64,000 bases of DNA from the human T2T-CHM13v2.0 reference genome, Homo sapiens: NCBI RefSeq assembly GCF_009914755.1, contig NC_060927.1. One strand, 5' to 3'. The notes below the pieces were generated by a model. It did no database searches and was not told where the DNA came from. It saw only the letters and a list, made by a program, of their open reading frames with translations. This document shows, one piece after another, positions 29,544 to 43,945 of this stretch. The position numbers were made by a program, and so were the translations under genes. Within the stretch, counting starts at the first letter, position 1; every line of letters begins with the position of its first letter.

Positions 29544-31085
29544 CTTGAAAAACTGAAATGAAAATAGTGAAAACCATGAAATACTTTTCTAAGATAATGG
29601 GACCACTGTACTCCAGAATAAAAAAAATATTTCCTTTTCTTTTAAATTCCGGCATTGTTACCATTATTACTTTAATATTAACCCAAAACATACTTTTTAA
29701 AAGTTCTGAGAATAAAAGCTGAACCTGCAAAATAGGATAACTCCTTTTGCTACATTAACCTTAAAAGGTGCAGAAGTAAAGAGAACTACTGCTTGCAGGG
29801 GTGTCAGATGGACATGCCTGCTTAAATGAAGATTCCTCTTTTCCACTTTCCTCCTGATATCTGCTGGTCACTATAGCCACAAGAACAGGAGTGATTCAGA
29901 ACCAGGACACATGCACTCCAGCATGACAAGTTCAATTTAAACCTAGATCGGCAACATTAAAAAACTACACTAAATGTAATGAATGAATATACACCAACAG
30001 GAGATCAATGCACTTTGCCACACCAATTGCTTGGGATTCTTTAAGAGTAGGAAAAACTCAAACATTTTCACTAAGGCTTCACTTTGTTAAATCTCTCCTG
30101 AGACTTTTGGATCCCTGAATTTTAGGCAGGCTTAAACACAAAGTCCTTTCTTAGTACTTGGAGATATTTTACCCATAAGGTAGAGTAATGAGGGTCTTCA
30201 GTGATAATGAAGGAGCAGAATTTTGAATATTTTAATATATTCTGGAACACTTATATGTTTCAAGCTAAGGAACCAGTATAATTCCAGTACAGAAAAAATG
30301 TATTATTTAATGATATTTTTTATTTTTTAATTTTTGTCCTAACAAAGTTCTAAAAATATAGTTAGAATTATGTTCAGAACCAGAAATATATTTCAAAATT
30401 GAAATTGTGATGTTTAAAACAGAAACAATGAGTTGCTTCCTAGAGGGATTAAAAGTCATTATTTGGGACATATTATGTCCTGATTTTTATCACTGCACCC
30501 TATTAAAGAAAATGATATCTAGGGTTTTCTTTTTTTAGAGTTTGCTGTAGCTATACATCAGGTTAAAGAGCTTGGGAGATGAATTTTTTACTTTCAGAAA
30601 CTCAACGTTCTAAAGATGACTTCAATGTATCTACTGATTGGTCTTTGTATAGAACCAAATTTAAGCTATTTTAGGCAAGTGATTCTATAACTTTAAAAAT
30701 TCTTCTAGAAAAAAATAAGAAAATATATAACTCATCTATTCCTTTCAAGAAGAAAGTTTATTGTTTTATCCAATTTAGTCCCTCATAATGCACCTAAGAA
30801 TTACTTCCATTTGAGTATTTCCCAGTAAAGGATGCTGTTTATAAATGCTCCTGTCCCCCTGTTTGAAGTTAGATTTCTGTTTACTCTTCTCCAGGTTAAT
30901 TGTTCTGATTCTAAGAGCATTTCTTAGAATTGTTTTTAAGTTTTCATTCTTTATCCAATTTTGAGTCTCTCTTTTATTTAGACATAACTTTGTAAATAAA
31001 GATATTCAAGAAATGAATATAGAGTTTAATAAAATGTGAAGCAAATAGAACCTTTCAAATTCCTCTTGATGTCATCTTGGTATTA

Positions 31086-31170
31086 AGTTATATATATATG
31101 TTATATATAAATTATATATAACATATATATTTTATATATATATTTATATATTTCATATATATTTATATTT
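31086..31170. repeat. (TA)n-rich low-complexity tract
   Basis: Directly visible. Confidence 0.9.
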
Positions 31171-32430
31171 CTTATATATATATGTATATTTATTTCTCAG
31201 ACCCTGGTCACTTCTTTAATGAGCTTAGATTCTTTGGAATACTAACCCATAGTTTTCCCTTAAATTATTTTCATCTAAGCTCAGAAAAATAGCAAGTTAA
31301 TTACCCTTTATATGTGATAAAATGAAAAATCACTCAAAACCCAAGACCAACAATGATGTAAGAAACTGGCTGGAATTCACATTCTTAGGTATAAGTGTGA
31401 TGAAGAATAATTACATTAAACAATGGAATATCAAAAATATGCTCTTTCATCCAAGAGTGACGTAAGCACACGGAATTTATCACAGGACAACAATCTGATA
31501 TGGATTTTAAGAGTTTTGCCCAAGAACTTTCCATGAGGTCTTTGTAAAAATAAATTAATAAGATTTTCATATTAATTTCTCCCTTCATTTTAAAAATGAG
31601 AAAATTGAGAAAAATGGAAGAGTACTTGAGTTTGATAATATCTCCCTTTTTATACAAAATTCGGCCATGTATACAATAAAACTTCTGAACATTAACTTAC
31701 AAGAAAAATGATACCTTCTTGTCAAGGGCATGATATGTATATGTTGATGAATTTTTATTTATTAACTCATTAACTTTAGCTTGCTGTTGGAAACTGTGAT
31801 AAATCTAAAAGCTAACAATTGGCTTAGATGCATATATCCTCAGATTTGGCGGGTGTTCCACAGCTTAAAAAGAAAGAAAACAAATAAGTAAACCAAAACA
31901 AAATCCATAGTCCTGCAAAGTAAGGCCAAAACCAGATGATTTTGAAAACAATGAAAATTTGTGTTTCAGTGTTTGCAGACAGAATATTTCATAAAGAAAG
32001 CTGTATGTCATGTCAAATAACCTGCTTATAAAGTTCCTGAGGGAAAATCATTGCATCATTTGTAGAGAAGATCTGTTTTTAACCACAGATTAGCTGATTT
32101 ATTTTCTCTGATAACATGGAAAACCATTTTGATATTAAGCTATAGAGTCAGGAATGATGCCCAGGGTGAGGCTAGCAGCAAAATGATATTTGGTGCTTAT
32201 CTGCAGGTAAACAACTTCCCTCACTCTCATAAAGAGTCATCTATTTTTCTACTCAGAGAGAGACAGATGAGGCATTTGCTTTGGGCAGAAAGCTTAAGGG
32301 AAGAACCAAATTATCAGCAATCAAGATAAATAATGTTTTAATGTAATCTTTTTTAAAAATATCAAAATTAATACAAAAAAACCCCATGGTGGACCAAAAC
32401 TTAAATCTTCACATAAAGAAAGAATCAATA

Positions 32431-32746
32431 TTTCTTTGAGATAGGGTTTTGTTCTGTGGCACATGCTGGAGTGCAGTGGCATGACCATAGCTCACTGCAG
32501 GTTTGACTTCCAGGGTTCAAGCCATCCTCCCACCTCAATCTCCCCAGTAGCTGGGACCACAGGCATGCCACCATGCCTGAATAATTTTTTAGTTTCTTCT
32601 TTCTTCTTCTTCTTTTTTTTTTTTTTGGTAGAGACAGGGTCACCCTATCTTACCTAGTCTTGTCTTGAACTCCTGATCTCAAGGGATCTACCCACCTCAG
32701 CCTCCCAAAGTATTGGTATTACCGGCATAAGCCATTGCGCCTGGCC
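32431..32746 (-). mobile_element. AluJ SINE
   Basis: 'catagctcactgcag', 'tcaagccatcctcccacctca', (TTC)n/T linker, ends 'gcgcctggcc'. Confidence 0.9.
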
Positions 32747-33329
32747 TCAGAGAATGAGTATTGGTTCAAATTTGTCATTGGCAATAGCTGGTAATAATTT
32801 GCCATGTAATAAATATTCTAAAGATTTTCAAGACCAAACACATTTTCCACTATATGTTTTGAGAAAAGAAAAGAGGAAAGGGCATTAGGTCTTCTTTATT
32901 CGGACGTTAGATTACTGTTGCTGTGGTCAACTAGGAAACATTTCATTTTCACGTTCATCATGTGACAGTGTTGTGATGTACATTACCTAAAAAATATATG
33001 GCTTCATCATGCTTCATTTTAGATGCCAGGAGTGTGAGTCATCTAGGAACAATATTCTGTCTGAAAATATGTCAAAGGGGGATAGATTTTAAAAGCTCCT
33101 CTTACATTATACTTCCATTACTTTTGTTCTTATATGGGGTTTAATAGGACAACAGAAGACTTTTTTTTATAAAGGCAATAATTCCAACAATTACTACATC
33201 TGTCAAATATCTGAGAGTTGTTATGCGGGTAAGATGATGTCTGGGAAAGTGATGACAAATTACCCAGCACTATGCAAATGCTAATTACTCGTTCCAGTTT
33301 TTAAAAACCCTCTAAAATATTGAGATCAT

Positions 33330-33575
33330 TTTATTTTATTTTTAAATAATTATAGGCTCACAGAAAAGGAAATAACCGTACAGGGAGGCCTCATGTACTC
33401 TTTCCTCAGTTTCCTGAAGTCCCATTTTACATAATATCAAAACCAGAAAATGGACATTGGGACAATATAAAGATCTTATTCAGATTTCATCAGTTTTTAC
33501 CTGCGTGTGTGTGTGTGTGTGTGTGTGTGTATACGTCTATGTCACTTTATCACATGAATAGATTTGTGTACCATT
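33330..33575 (-). mobile_element. L1M (L1MC-like) 3' end containing (TG)n at 33505-33530
   Basis: 'tataggctcacagaaa', 'aatatcaaaaccagaaaatggacattgg' and 'cttattcagatttcatcagtttt' are typical of a reverse L1MC 3'UTR. Confidence 0.6.
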
Positions 33576-33842
33576 CTTGACTCTTTCCTTGACCTCATCC
33601 TCACATTCCAAATTTTTACCCATAATATACATTTTCACTCTGGGAAGAACAATACTTTTTCCTGTTCTAATCTATTCTCTTCAGTATCATCATGGTGATC
33701 CTTCATTTGGATGGCTCCTCTTTAAGCACATTTGATAGTTTCTTATAGGTAGAGCACAATACACCTATTTTTCCTCTTCTACAAGCTCCAGTCACCTGGC
33801 TTCTGGCTACTCCTGCATTCTTGTCTCTGAGTCCTCAATAAC

Positions 33843-34214
33843 TGTGGTTGACATTAGGGCTTACAAATATCCCCTGCTGGCTCCTTAAGATACATGGTAA
33901 AATTACACTTTCCCATCTTCTTGAATTAAGACATGTTCATGGGACTTGTTTTGACTAAGAAAATATGAGCAAAAGTGATGCATGTGATTGTGGGGGAAAA
34001 GTAAGAGCCAGCATCGGTGTAAACATGGTGCCTTTTCCTGCCACAGTGACTGATGATGCTCTAGATGGTGGAAATGCTGCTAGCTTCAAGAAGTTTGAGC
34101 CCCTGCAAAGCTGAGACCAATCTTCATCATTATCAAAAAATACGTATTAGTTTTAAGCCACTGAACTTTCGTGGTCATTTGTTAGTACAGTATAACTTTG
34201 CCCATCCTAACACA
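33843..34214 (+). mobile_element. MLT1 (H/I-like) MaLR LTR
   Basis: TGTGG start, 'catgggacttgttttgac...atgagcaaaagtgatg', and 3' end 'ttttaagccactgaa...atttgttagtacag'. Confidence 0.65.
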
Positions 34215-34229
34215 ATTCTGTGGCTCTAG

Positions 34230-34289
34230 CTGCAAGAAATTTCTTTCCTCTATGTGTCTCTGCAAGAAATTCCTTTCCTCTACGTGCTT
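34230..34289. repeat. 30-bp tandem duplication
   Basis: ctgcaagaaattYctttcctctaYgtg occurs at 34230 and 34260. Confidence 0.85.
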
Positions 34290-36299
34290 TCTGCTTGATG
34301 AATGCCCATTTAGACTGTAAAGACTTCTTCAGATGTGAACATCCTTCTCTGGTTTTCTTTTATACTCTATAACCAGTCTTGTTCTACATCTGTACCTCAT
34401 AGAGGCGTGTGTGCATGTGCATGTTTAGACATATTGGCACATGCATCATATTAGATGGCAGATATTTGTTTATTTGACCCTATCCCATGGCAAATTATGA
34501 GCTGTTCAAGGACAAATCTACACTGCAGTAGACATGGCTAGTTGAGGAGTTGCATCAGAGACATCAGAGATTACATGGTCCTCAAAATCTAAATTATTTA
34601 CTGAGGTGCTTTACAGAAAAAAAATTGTGAGCTTCTAACCCAGAGAATTGTAGAGTAACAAGAAGGAAAGTAACAGGATGCTTGGATGACCTCATGAAAC
34701 AAAATTGTCTCTCCATGATGGGCAATCTGCCTTCTTCTGTTACCAGGGAGAAAAATAATTCTAGCTTGTTTGAGCCACTGTATTATAGGGTCTCTTTGGG
34801 CACAAGCTAAGTTGTTGTAACAAGGTAATGTATGTCCCTAACTCATTTTCAAGTCACATAGGTCCTCTCTAAGTGTATGTGGAGTTAAATTTGCTGGAAA
34901 AAAAAACTTTCCCATAAAGTTATATGACAATAATACTATAGATTTACAACAGTAATACTATAGACTTAAGATAGTAATATAGTAAGGCTAGACATTACAT
35001 GAAAGAGCATAGATGTGGTTTTTTTATTCATATATGTAGGCAAACACATTTTAGAAACAATGATAACCATGTACTCTTTGGATTGTGCAATAATTTAATG
35101 CAAATTGGACACAGGAAAGTTCAAATCCAAGCTCTACTACATTGAATGTTTCCAAGAGAAATTAGCAAATAGGCAACAACTGAGCAGACAATCATTGATT
35201 CAAAGCGTATGGATGGAGAGAAATAAAACTAGATTTGAAGAAATAGGTTGGAGAATGTACATTCTCAAAATTAGGGTGTGGGGCTCCAAAGACGGCAGCA
35301 AGGTGAGTCCAAAAGGAATGCCATGAGCTGTGAGAATACAGTGAGACCCGGGGAGAGAGGGTCAACGCCATTAGGAATTTGGACAGACATCTGGGAAGAT
35401 AAAAAGTAAAATATGTTTTCGGCTCTTAAAAAAAAATACAATCTCATTGGTGGTCACACAGCTAACATAGATGAAAGAATTAAACAACAGTGTTGGAAGA
35501 TTGGCATCATTAACTATTAAAACCAGAAGTGTTTATACTATAAGAGATTTTAAAACAGTGCCTGTGACTGATAGATTTTTTTAAATTTTTACTTTTTAGT
35601 TTTTGCAGCTACATATTAGATATATGTATTTGCATTCATACACCGTAGAATTTTTTAAGTGAGCCAGAAGAAAACCAATCAAATATATAGTAATCTCTGT
35701 ACTATGCACTGATTGTTTTAATGCTGCTATTTTAAAAATTCCTAATATCCCCAAAAATTGAATGTCTTGGTTTTTGTCACATAAGTTCTTATTCTTACCT
35801 TTAAACAAAAATCAATGTCAGGAAATATTTGTTGAATACTAAGTAATAGAATCTGCACTGTAGTGTGACCAAGATGTTGCTGTGACATCTGAGATGCTTA
35901 TAAAATAGGGTAGGAGCAGGAATAAGGCACCAATGCAGGCAACGCTGCTGCACTCTAACATCTTGCTAACACCAAGATGCAGCAAAAAGCAAAGCATGCT
36001 GGGCTGAGCGTTCATTCCAATTGAGAGCCAGTTTCATGGGAAAGGTAACATTTTTAAAATCCCTTGGGATGAAGCAAAGATTTTAAGACTTATTATTGGT
36101 GGACTAGAAAGGCAAGAATATATGACCACAGTTCAAAGACAAAGGGAAAAATATACAGAATATTTGAGATACAGATACTTACAGCGCACTATACAAAAGT
36201 CTGTCATCCATGTATTCTACTGAAAAATTCTATCAGTTGTGCCCCCAAACTCTATCCCCTTCTCTGTCCCCTTCTCCATCCTCACTGCTTTGTGCAAAG

Positions 36300-36950
36300 C
36301 ATTCTAGACTTTGTCATCTTTTATCAAGCAGCTGTCATGGCCTCCTATTGGCTTCCACTCTGGCTCCTGCAATCCATTCTGCACACAACAGCTAGTCTTC
36401 TTTGCGAAATGCAAGCTCTATCCAACCTCTTCCCGGTTTAAAACCCTTCAACAGCTTCTTAATGTGAATAGGAGAAAAATCTCAATCTTCTAAATCAGCC
36501 TTTGAGGCTTATAAGACATGGCCTTGTCTATACTCTAGTCAAACCCACCCCCGTCTCTCCTGCCCACTACCCTCCCTCCAAACTGGCTTATGTTCATTTC
36601 CTTCATCAGAACACCTGGGCATGCTCTTCCCTCCTCCAGAAACAATTTCATAGGGCAAATTCTCACTCATCCTTTAGGTCTCATCTTAGATGTCACTTTT
36701 TCAGAATATTGCCCCCCTCAACCTCAGCTGAGTTTCTTTGTTTAAATCTATCACTATTCCTTTGTCCTTTTTTAGCATGTATCCCAGTTTGTAGCAAGTG
36801 TGATCACTAATATTTGTCTCCATTATGGCTATTAAACTCCAGGAGGGTAGAGATCATGCTGGTCTTGTTAAACCTCTTGTCCTCAATGACTGGCACTCAA
36901 AGAATATTCAGTGAATAAATGAATGAGTGCATGAGTGAAGGAGTGAATAA
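36300..36950 (+). mobile_element. L2 3' fragment
   Basis: 'tttaaaacccttcaacagctt', 'tcatcctttaggtctcatcttagatgtcac', 'aaactccaggagggtagaga' and tail 'tgaataaatgaatgagtg'. Confidence 0.7.
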
Positions 36951-38281
36951 TCAAGGACTTTTATCAAATAGACAATAAGTATTATTTTAAAAGCCCCCTG
37001 ATGTTTTATCTTCACAATGCATCAGGACTCATTGAAACAACCATATTTATATTACAGAGTTTCTTTGGACAAAAGTAAACAAAATCCAGACAAGCAAAGA
37101 AAAATGCAAGTTTTTGAGATTGCACTACTCGAAAAAAACATTATAAATAACAATCAAAACACATTTTTTAAAATAAGCACTGTCTAAACACATTATGCCT
37201 TAATTAATTGATGTTCTATCGAATGGTAACTATTGCTATCCTCATTTTGTAGACAGAGCTATGAGGTGATTTCTCCTAAATTTCCCAGCTATTAGGATGG
37301 GAGAGCTCAGAAACCAGAAGGAGTAACTCATACTGCCAGGTCTGTCTCTTGGTGAGTTTGAGTATCCATTAACATAATATTATAGTACATTAGTAGCAAT
37401 TTGTCTGAAATTTTAGATTTCTACTGCCTTATGCAATACTCCCTTTACTCTAGTCAAAATATGATCTAATTAATAGTAAGAAACATTACAGACTTTGGAT
37501 ACAAGAAGAGATAAGGCATGATTTATATGTGAAAATGTTATCATCTATTTATTATGTTAATTCTTTGAGACCGTTAAGCATTTCATTGTTTTGGTCTTTA
37601 AAAAAGCTGTGTTAGAGAATTTCTAATTTATGAAAGCATTAATGTTACCTGTAAAATTTTATCATTTTCATCCTGCACAGCAGGATTGGGGACCCAAAAC
37701 CATGGTACCACTTTAGAGGAAAAACTGACAGCCAGTAGATTAGTAAGTATATCAGATGGATTTGGGTACAAAATGGAGCCACTTAAAATAGACTTAACTT
37801 TTTAGTAAAGAGTATTATGACAAAATGCAAGCAATTTTATTTTTAATACAGTACCTTGGAATAACTTTTACTTTCTAAACTATGTTCTTTTGCCAGATAT
37901 ACATAAACCTAGAATTTTATGGATTATCCTTTACTAAATCTTATGCTTACATTTATTTGGGACAATGATTCCCATATTACTAAAGAATGAAGGCAAACAT
38001 TTTTAGATTCAATTTGTGTTAAAATAATCTTAATCATATCATTTGGGTGTCAAAATAATAATTCATTTTGTACTGACTTGTCTTTTTTGAATGACACAAT
38101 TTATATCCCATCTCAAGTGACCTAAATGGCAATACACTATAATTTAAAATCTTTCTTTGCTAATTATGCTTCTTAATAGATGCATATTGGAAGAACAGGT
38201 GTACTGGAAGAGCATATAGACATGCATATGGAAGTACATAATAGATGCACATTAGAAAAAAAGTGTCCCTAAATTAGGTAT

Positions 38282-38286
<5 letters not shown>

Positions 38287-38312
<26 letters not shown>
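38287..38312. repeat. (CA)n microsatellite
   Basis: Directly visible. Confidence 0.95.
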
Positions 38313-38387
38313 TCTCTACATATGTAGATATTATGTACGTGTATATTCCGTTAATGAACATTCCAATGAATATTCATTGGGAGCCAC

Positions 38388-38605
38388 ATAGCCTAATGGT
38401 TAAGATTATAAGCTCTAAATGAAGCTAATCTGTATTCCAATCCTGGCTCTACTGCTCTGTGATTCTGTGGCTTAGAAAATGTATTTATAAAATTGGGATA
38501 AAATTACATATCTTATGAGTTTTTTTAAAGAGTAAATGTGGTAAAATGAATAAATTGTAGAAGAGTGCCTAGCCCAAGTGCATATTTGATAAATGTTAGC
38601 TTATG
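38388..38605 (+). mobile_element. MIR
   Basis: 'atagcctaatggttaaga...aatcctggctctac...tataaaattgggata...agagtgcctagc...ataaatgttagct'. Confidence 0.65.
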
Positions 38606-39769
38606 TAATATAAAGTATTTGGGGCTGTTGAATGGCACTTAAGAAATAATTATGATGAAAGATAAAAAGATTTTCTACCCTGTTAATTTATTGCATTTTA
38701 AAATCATTGATGTATTCATAAAGAGACTTTCTGATTTGTACTGAGAAGTTTATTTAAAGTAGCGATACTTGCCATGTTCTACAGTAAAACTCATTTTGAT
38801 TGATTTTTATCTACTGATGTAGAAGAAAAACAGTGGTAAATAACATTCAACACTCAATGACTCTAACTATCTAATCTCAATCCATCATTCTCACCACTCT
38901 TAGAAATCAAAAGCATTCTAAGAAAACAATACTTAGGATGAAGAGTGATACTTTAAACCTTCAAGTAGAAAAGCTTCAAGCAAAAATACAGATCAGTATT
39001 CAGTGCAGAATATGAGATTGGGTTTTACCAATTGGCTCTCCTGAGTTCACATTTTGGCATATGAAATTTTCATTTGAGCAACAAAATGCATCTAATTGTG
39101 TAATTTGCACTCCTTAATGAATGCATGTAGAAAGCAAGAGTAAATAGATCATGTTTTAATTCTTGAAGTAAAAAATATCACTGGCTCTTACAGGCACTGG
39201 CTTCTAAGAATCTTCTTGGCTTAGAATACAGTAATGAAATTGTAAGAGGAAGTGAGAAATTGAGGTAAGTTAGCAATGGATCATACAAGACAGAGAACTC
39301 TGAGATATTTGTGTCTTCAGTGAATATATATAGCACATGCTTTATACAATAATGTTAAGATGTTCAGTTCATAAATCTGCATCCCCTAAATTATTTTTTA
39401 CTATTAAATTTGGTTATTTAACATTGAATAAAATATTAAGATCATAGAGGGATGTCAGCAGTTTATTAATTTTTGCTAATGCGTTTGAATCAGGCAAACA
39501 CAATATTTACACGTGAAGGACAAAATCCTCCTATTTTTTACCATCCTTTTTAAGGTGAAATGGAAAATACCACTAAAAACCTCTTTCTGACATTTCCACT
39601 ACAAGAACTTTATATAGAAAAATTCAGTCATTCATTTTGTTACATAAATATTTATTAAAATATGTAGTTTATGCCAATTATTTGCACACATGTATTTAGG
39701 ACATTGCTTTTTCCCAACTTTATGTTTCTATGATGAAGTACAATGATGTAGAATAGATTGTTACTTTCA

Positions 39770-40210
39770 TAAATAGCCATTTTATCCTTTTTCCTCAATT
39801 TGAGTAATGTGCCCATCTTAAAAACTACATTGCCTAGCATACATTGTACATAGGTTGAACGTGCAATTAGACTGTAGCCAATAAGATAAACCTAGTGGAA
39901 AGTATTGGAGTTTCCAGGGAAGTTTCTTGTATAGAGAGAAGGAACTCAGCAGATAACAGGCTTTTGCTCTTTGGCTCAAACAATCTTGCTACCAACATTT
40001 TATAAGCATAGTGAAGATCATTCCACCTTTCTGAGTAGAAAGTATCAGATGCCTGGACCCCAAATGTTTCTGACTTCAGCTTCTTATATCAGACTTCAGC
40101 TTCTTAAATCTGGACTTATCACATAACAGAAAAATAAACTGAAATCTTTCTTAAGCCATTCTTTTGGGGGGTTTCTGTTATGAACATCTAAAGCTATTCT
40201 TTAACTGACA
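39770..40210 (+). mobile_element. MLT1J-like MaLR LTR
   Basis: 'tgtgcccatcttaaaaactacattgcc', 'gccaataagataa' and 3' end 'ttaagccatt...gtttctgtta...taactgaca'. Confidence 0.55.
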
Positions 40211-40551
40211 TATGGGGATATGCATTATCAAATTCATTTTATTAATAAATTATACAAGTTAATTAGTTCTATAAATTCAATGGAGAGTGTACAATATTAA
40301 AAACATTGCATATATGAAAAACCCACACCTAACAACACACACAATGGTGAAAAACTAAAAGCTTTTCCTCTAAGATTAGGAACGAGACCAAGATATTGAC
40401 TTTCACCACCAATTCTGTTCAACAGAGTGTTGTAAGTACTAGCCAGAACATTCAGGAAATAAGTAATAAAATATATCCAAATTGAAAGAAGTCAAATTAC
40501 CTCTGTTCACAGATGACATCATATTATAGGTAGAAAACCCTAAAGATGATT

Positions 40552-40603
<52 letters not shown>

Positions 40604-41701
40604 GTTAGAGCTAATAAACAAAGTTGGCAGAGTATCAGGATACAAAATCTACATTCAAAAATAAATTGCATTTTTATACACTAAAAATGGCCAATGTGAA
40701 AATAAAATTAAGGAAACAATTCCGTTTATAATAACACCAAAAAAATAAAATAATTAGAAATAATTTAACTACAGAGGCAAAAGACTTATACATGGAAAAC
40801 TATAAAACATTACTGAAATAAATTAAAGAAGACATAAATAAGTGGAACGATGTCTCATGTTCATGACTGAAACACTTAAAGTTGTTGTTAAGATGACAAT
40901 ACAAAACCCAAAGCAATCTACAGGTACAACGCAATACTCAAAATCCAACAGCTTTTTGCAGAAATAGAAAAACCCATCCAAAAATTCACATCGAATCTCA
41001 AACAACTCAAATAACCAAACAATCCTGGAAAAGGAGAACAAAGTTGGAGGATTCATACTTTCTGATTTCTTACTTAGTAAAACTTACTAAAAAGTCACAG
41101 TAATCAAAACAATGTGATACTGATGTAAAGAAAAACATATCAACCCGTGAAACAGAATAGAAACCCAAAAACTAAACACTCATATATATATGGTCCATTT
41201 TTTTTTGACAATGGTGCTAAGACCATTCAACTGGGAGATGGGCACTTTTCTACTAACAGTGCTAGTTAGTTTGGAAACTAGATATCCACATGCAACGAAT
41301 AAAGCTGGATCCTTACCTTACACCACATACAAAAGTTAACTCAAAATGGACCAAAGATCTAATCTAAAGAGATAAAAACTATAGAACTCATAGAAGAACA
41401 GATGCGGAAAATCTTCATGACATTGGATTGGGTAATGATTGCTTACATATGGCACCAAAAGCACAGGCAATAAAAAAAGGAGATAAAGTGAACATGAAAA
41501 TTAAAAACTTGTGCATCCAAGAAAACTATCAGGAGAGTGAAAAGACAACTCAGAATGCGAGAAAATATTTGCAAGTTATATATATATAATATATATTACA
41601 CATATTATATATATGGGATTAAATTTCAGAATATATAAATATTCTACACGTCATCATCAACAACAACAAAACAAACCCAATTCAAAAATGGGCAAATAAC
41701 T

Positions 41702-42002
41702 CTCTTTTTTTTTAAGATGGTTGACTGGCTCTGTCACTCAGGCTGGAGTGCAGTGGCATGATTATAGATCATTGCAGCCTCAAACTCCTAGGTTTAAGCA
41801 ATCCTCCCCCTCCCAGCCTTCTGAGTAGCTAGGACTGTAAGTATGTGACACCACACCCAGCTAATTTTTTTTTTTGTACATTTTTTAGAGACAAGGTCTC
41901 ACTGTGTTGTCCAGGCTCGTCTCAAACTCCTGGCCTCAAGAGATTCTTCAGCCTCAGACTCCCAAAGTGCTGAGATTACAGGCATTGAGCCACTGTGCCT
42001 GC
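41702..42002 (-). mobile_element. AluJ SINE inside L1MB
   Basis: Reverse AluJ with degenerate TSD atgggcaaataact (41688-41701) / atgagcaaagaact (42019-42032). Confidence 0.88.
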
Positions 42003-42634
42003 AATCCTTGGCACGGGTATGAGCAAAGAACTTGCATCGACATTTCTCCAAAGAAGATATACAAATGATCAGAAGCACAAGAAAAAGTGTTCACCAATAC
42101 TAGTCATTCAAGAAATGCAACTCAAGTCCACAATGAAATGTCACTTTACATCCATTAGAATAGCTATTTAAAAAAAAAAGGCAGAAAATAACCAATGTTG
42201 GTGGAATGTGAAGACATTGGAGCCCTTGTGAATTGCTAGGAGGAATATAAAATGGTGCAGCTGCTGCAGAAAACAGTTTAGTGCCTCTTCGAAAAGTTAA
42301 GCAGAGTTGTCATATAACCAAGCAATTCTATTTCTAGGTATATAACCAAGATAATTGAAAGCAAGAATTCAGATAGGTTCTTGAACACCAGTGTTCACCA
42401 ATGTTCATAGCAGCATTCTTGATAATAGCCAAAAGGTGGAAGCAACCCACATGTCTATCAACAGACAAATGGATAAATAAATACAACACATACATACAAT
42501 GAATTATTATTCAGCTTTAAAAAGGAATGAAATTCTGATAGGTGCTATAATATAAATGAACCCTGGAGATACTAAGCTAAGTGAAATAAGCCACAAACAC
42601 AATGGCAAGTATTGTATGATTTCCCTTGTAAGAG

Positions 42635-42821
42635 TGTAATAGTCAGTTTGGGCTGCTATAAGAATACTATATAGACTGGGTGGCTTAAACAACAAATATT
42701 TTTTTCTCACAGATCTGGTGTCTACGAAATCCAAGATCAAGGAGCTTGCAGATCCTGCATCTGAGAAGGGCCACTTCTTGGCTTGTAGGCAGCTGCTTTC
42801 TCACTGTATTCTCATGGGGCT

Positions 42822-42867
<46 letters not shown>

Positions 42868-43499
42868 ATGGAAGGATGGAGAAAAAAGCTTTCATATCCT
42901 CATCTCACTTCTTATAAGAGCACTGTATTAGTCAGGGTTCTCTAGAGAGACAGAATTAATAGGATAGATGTATCTATAAAGGGGAGTTTATTAAGGAGTA
43001 TTAACTCACATGATCACAAGGTGAGGTCCCAAAATAGGCAAGCCAAGCTGAGGTGCAAGGAAGCCAGTCCAAGGCCCAAAGCTGAAGAATTTGGTGTCCA
43101 ATGTTTGAGGGCAGAAAACATCCAGCACAGGAGAAAGATGTAGGTTCAGAGGTGAAGCCGGTCTAGTCTTTTCACGTTCTTCTGTCTGCTTTTAATCTGG
43201 CTACCCTGGCAGCTGATTAGATTGTACCTACCCAAATTTATGTTGGGTCTGCCTTTCCAAGTCCACTGACTCAAATGTTAATCTCCTTTGGCAACACCCT
43301 CACAGTCACACACAGGAACAATAATTTGCATCCTTCAATCCGATCAAGTTGACAATATTAACAATCACAGTCACTAACGTCATTCATGAGGGCTCCACTT
43401 TCACAGCTTAACTACCTCCCCCAAACCCCTCCTCCTTATACCATCACATTACAGGTTAAGATTTCAACGTGAAAATTTTGGAGAGACACATATATAACA
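42635..43499 (-). mobile_element. MLT1A-type MaLR LTR, split by MLT2A; contains (GA)n at ~42822-42863
   Basis: 'tagtcagtttgggctgctata..actgggtggcttaaacaac' ... 'cattcatgagggctccac...taccatcacatt'. TSD aagag/atgag. Confidence 0.8.
42924..43369 (-). mobile_element. MLT2A (HERVL LTR) solo LTR
   Basis: 'tgtattagtcagggttctctagagagacagaa' ... 'ctgactcaaatgttaatctcctttggcaacaccctcacag...atcaagttgaca..attaacaatcaca'. Confidence 0.88.
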
Positions 43500-43581
43500 A
43501 TGAGATATCTAGAATAGGCAAATTCATAGAGATAGAAAGCAGAATAGAGGTTATCAGGGGCTGGGAAGAAATAATGTGGAG

Positions 43582-43945
43582 TATATTAGTCTGTTCTCAT
43601 GTTGCTAATAAAGACATACCTAAGGCTTGGTAATTTATAAAGGAAAGAGGTTTAATTGACTCACAGTTCCACATGGCTGGGGAGGCCTCACAATCATGGC
43701 AGAAGGTGAAAGAGGAGCAAAGTAATGTCTTACATGGAGGCAAGCAAGAGAACATGTGCAGGGAAACTGCCCTTTATAAAACCATCAGATCTCATGAGAC
43801 TTATTCACTCTCAGAAGAACAGCACAGGAAAGACCAGCCCCCATAATTGAATTACTGCCCACAAGGTCCCTCCCACAACATGTGGGAATTATGGGAGCTA
43901 CAATTCAAGATGAGATTTAGGTGGGGACACAGCCAAACTATATCA
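43582..43945 (-). mobile_element. THE1B solo LTR
   Basis: 'gctaataaagacatacc...gtaatttataaaggaaagaggtttaattgactcacagttccacatggctggggaggcctc'. TSD tggag/gggag. Confidence 0.88.
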
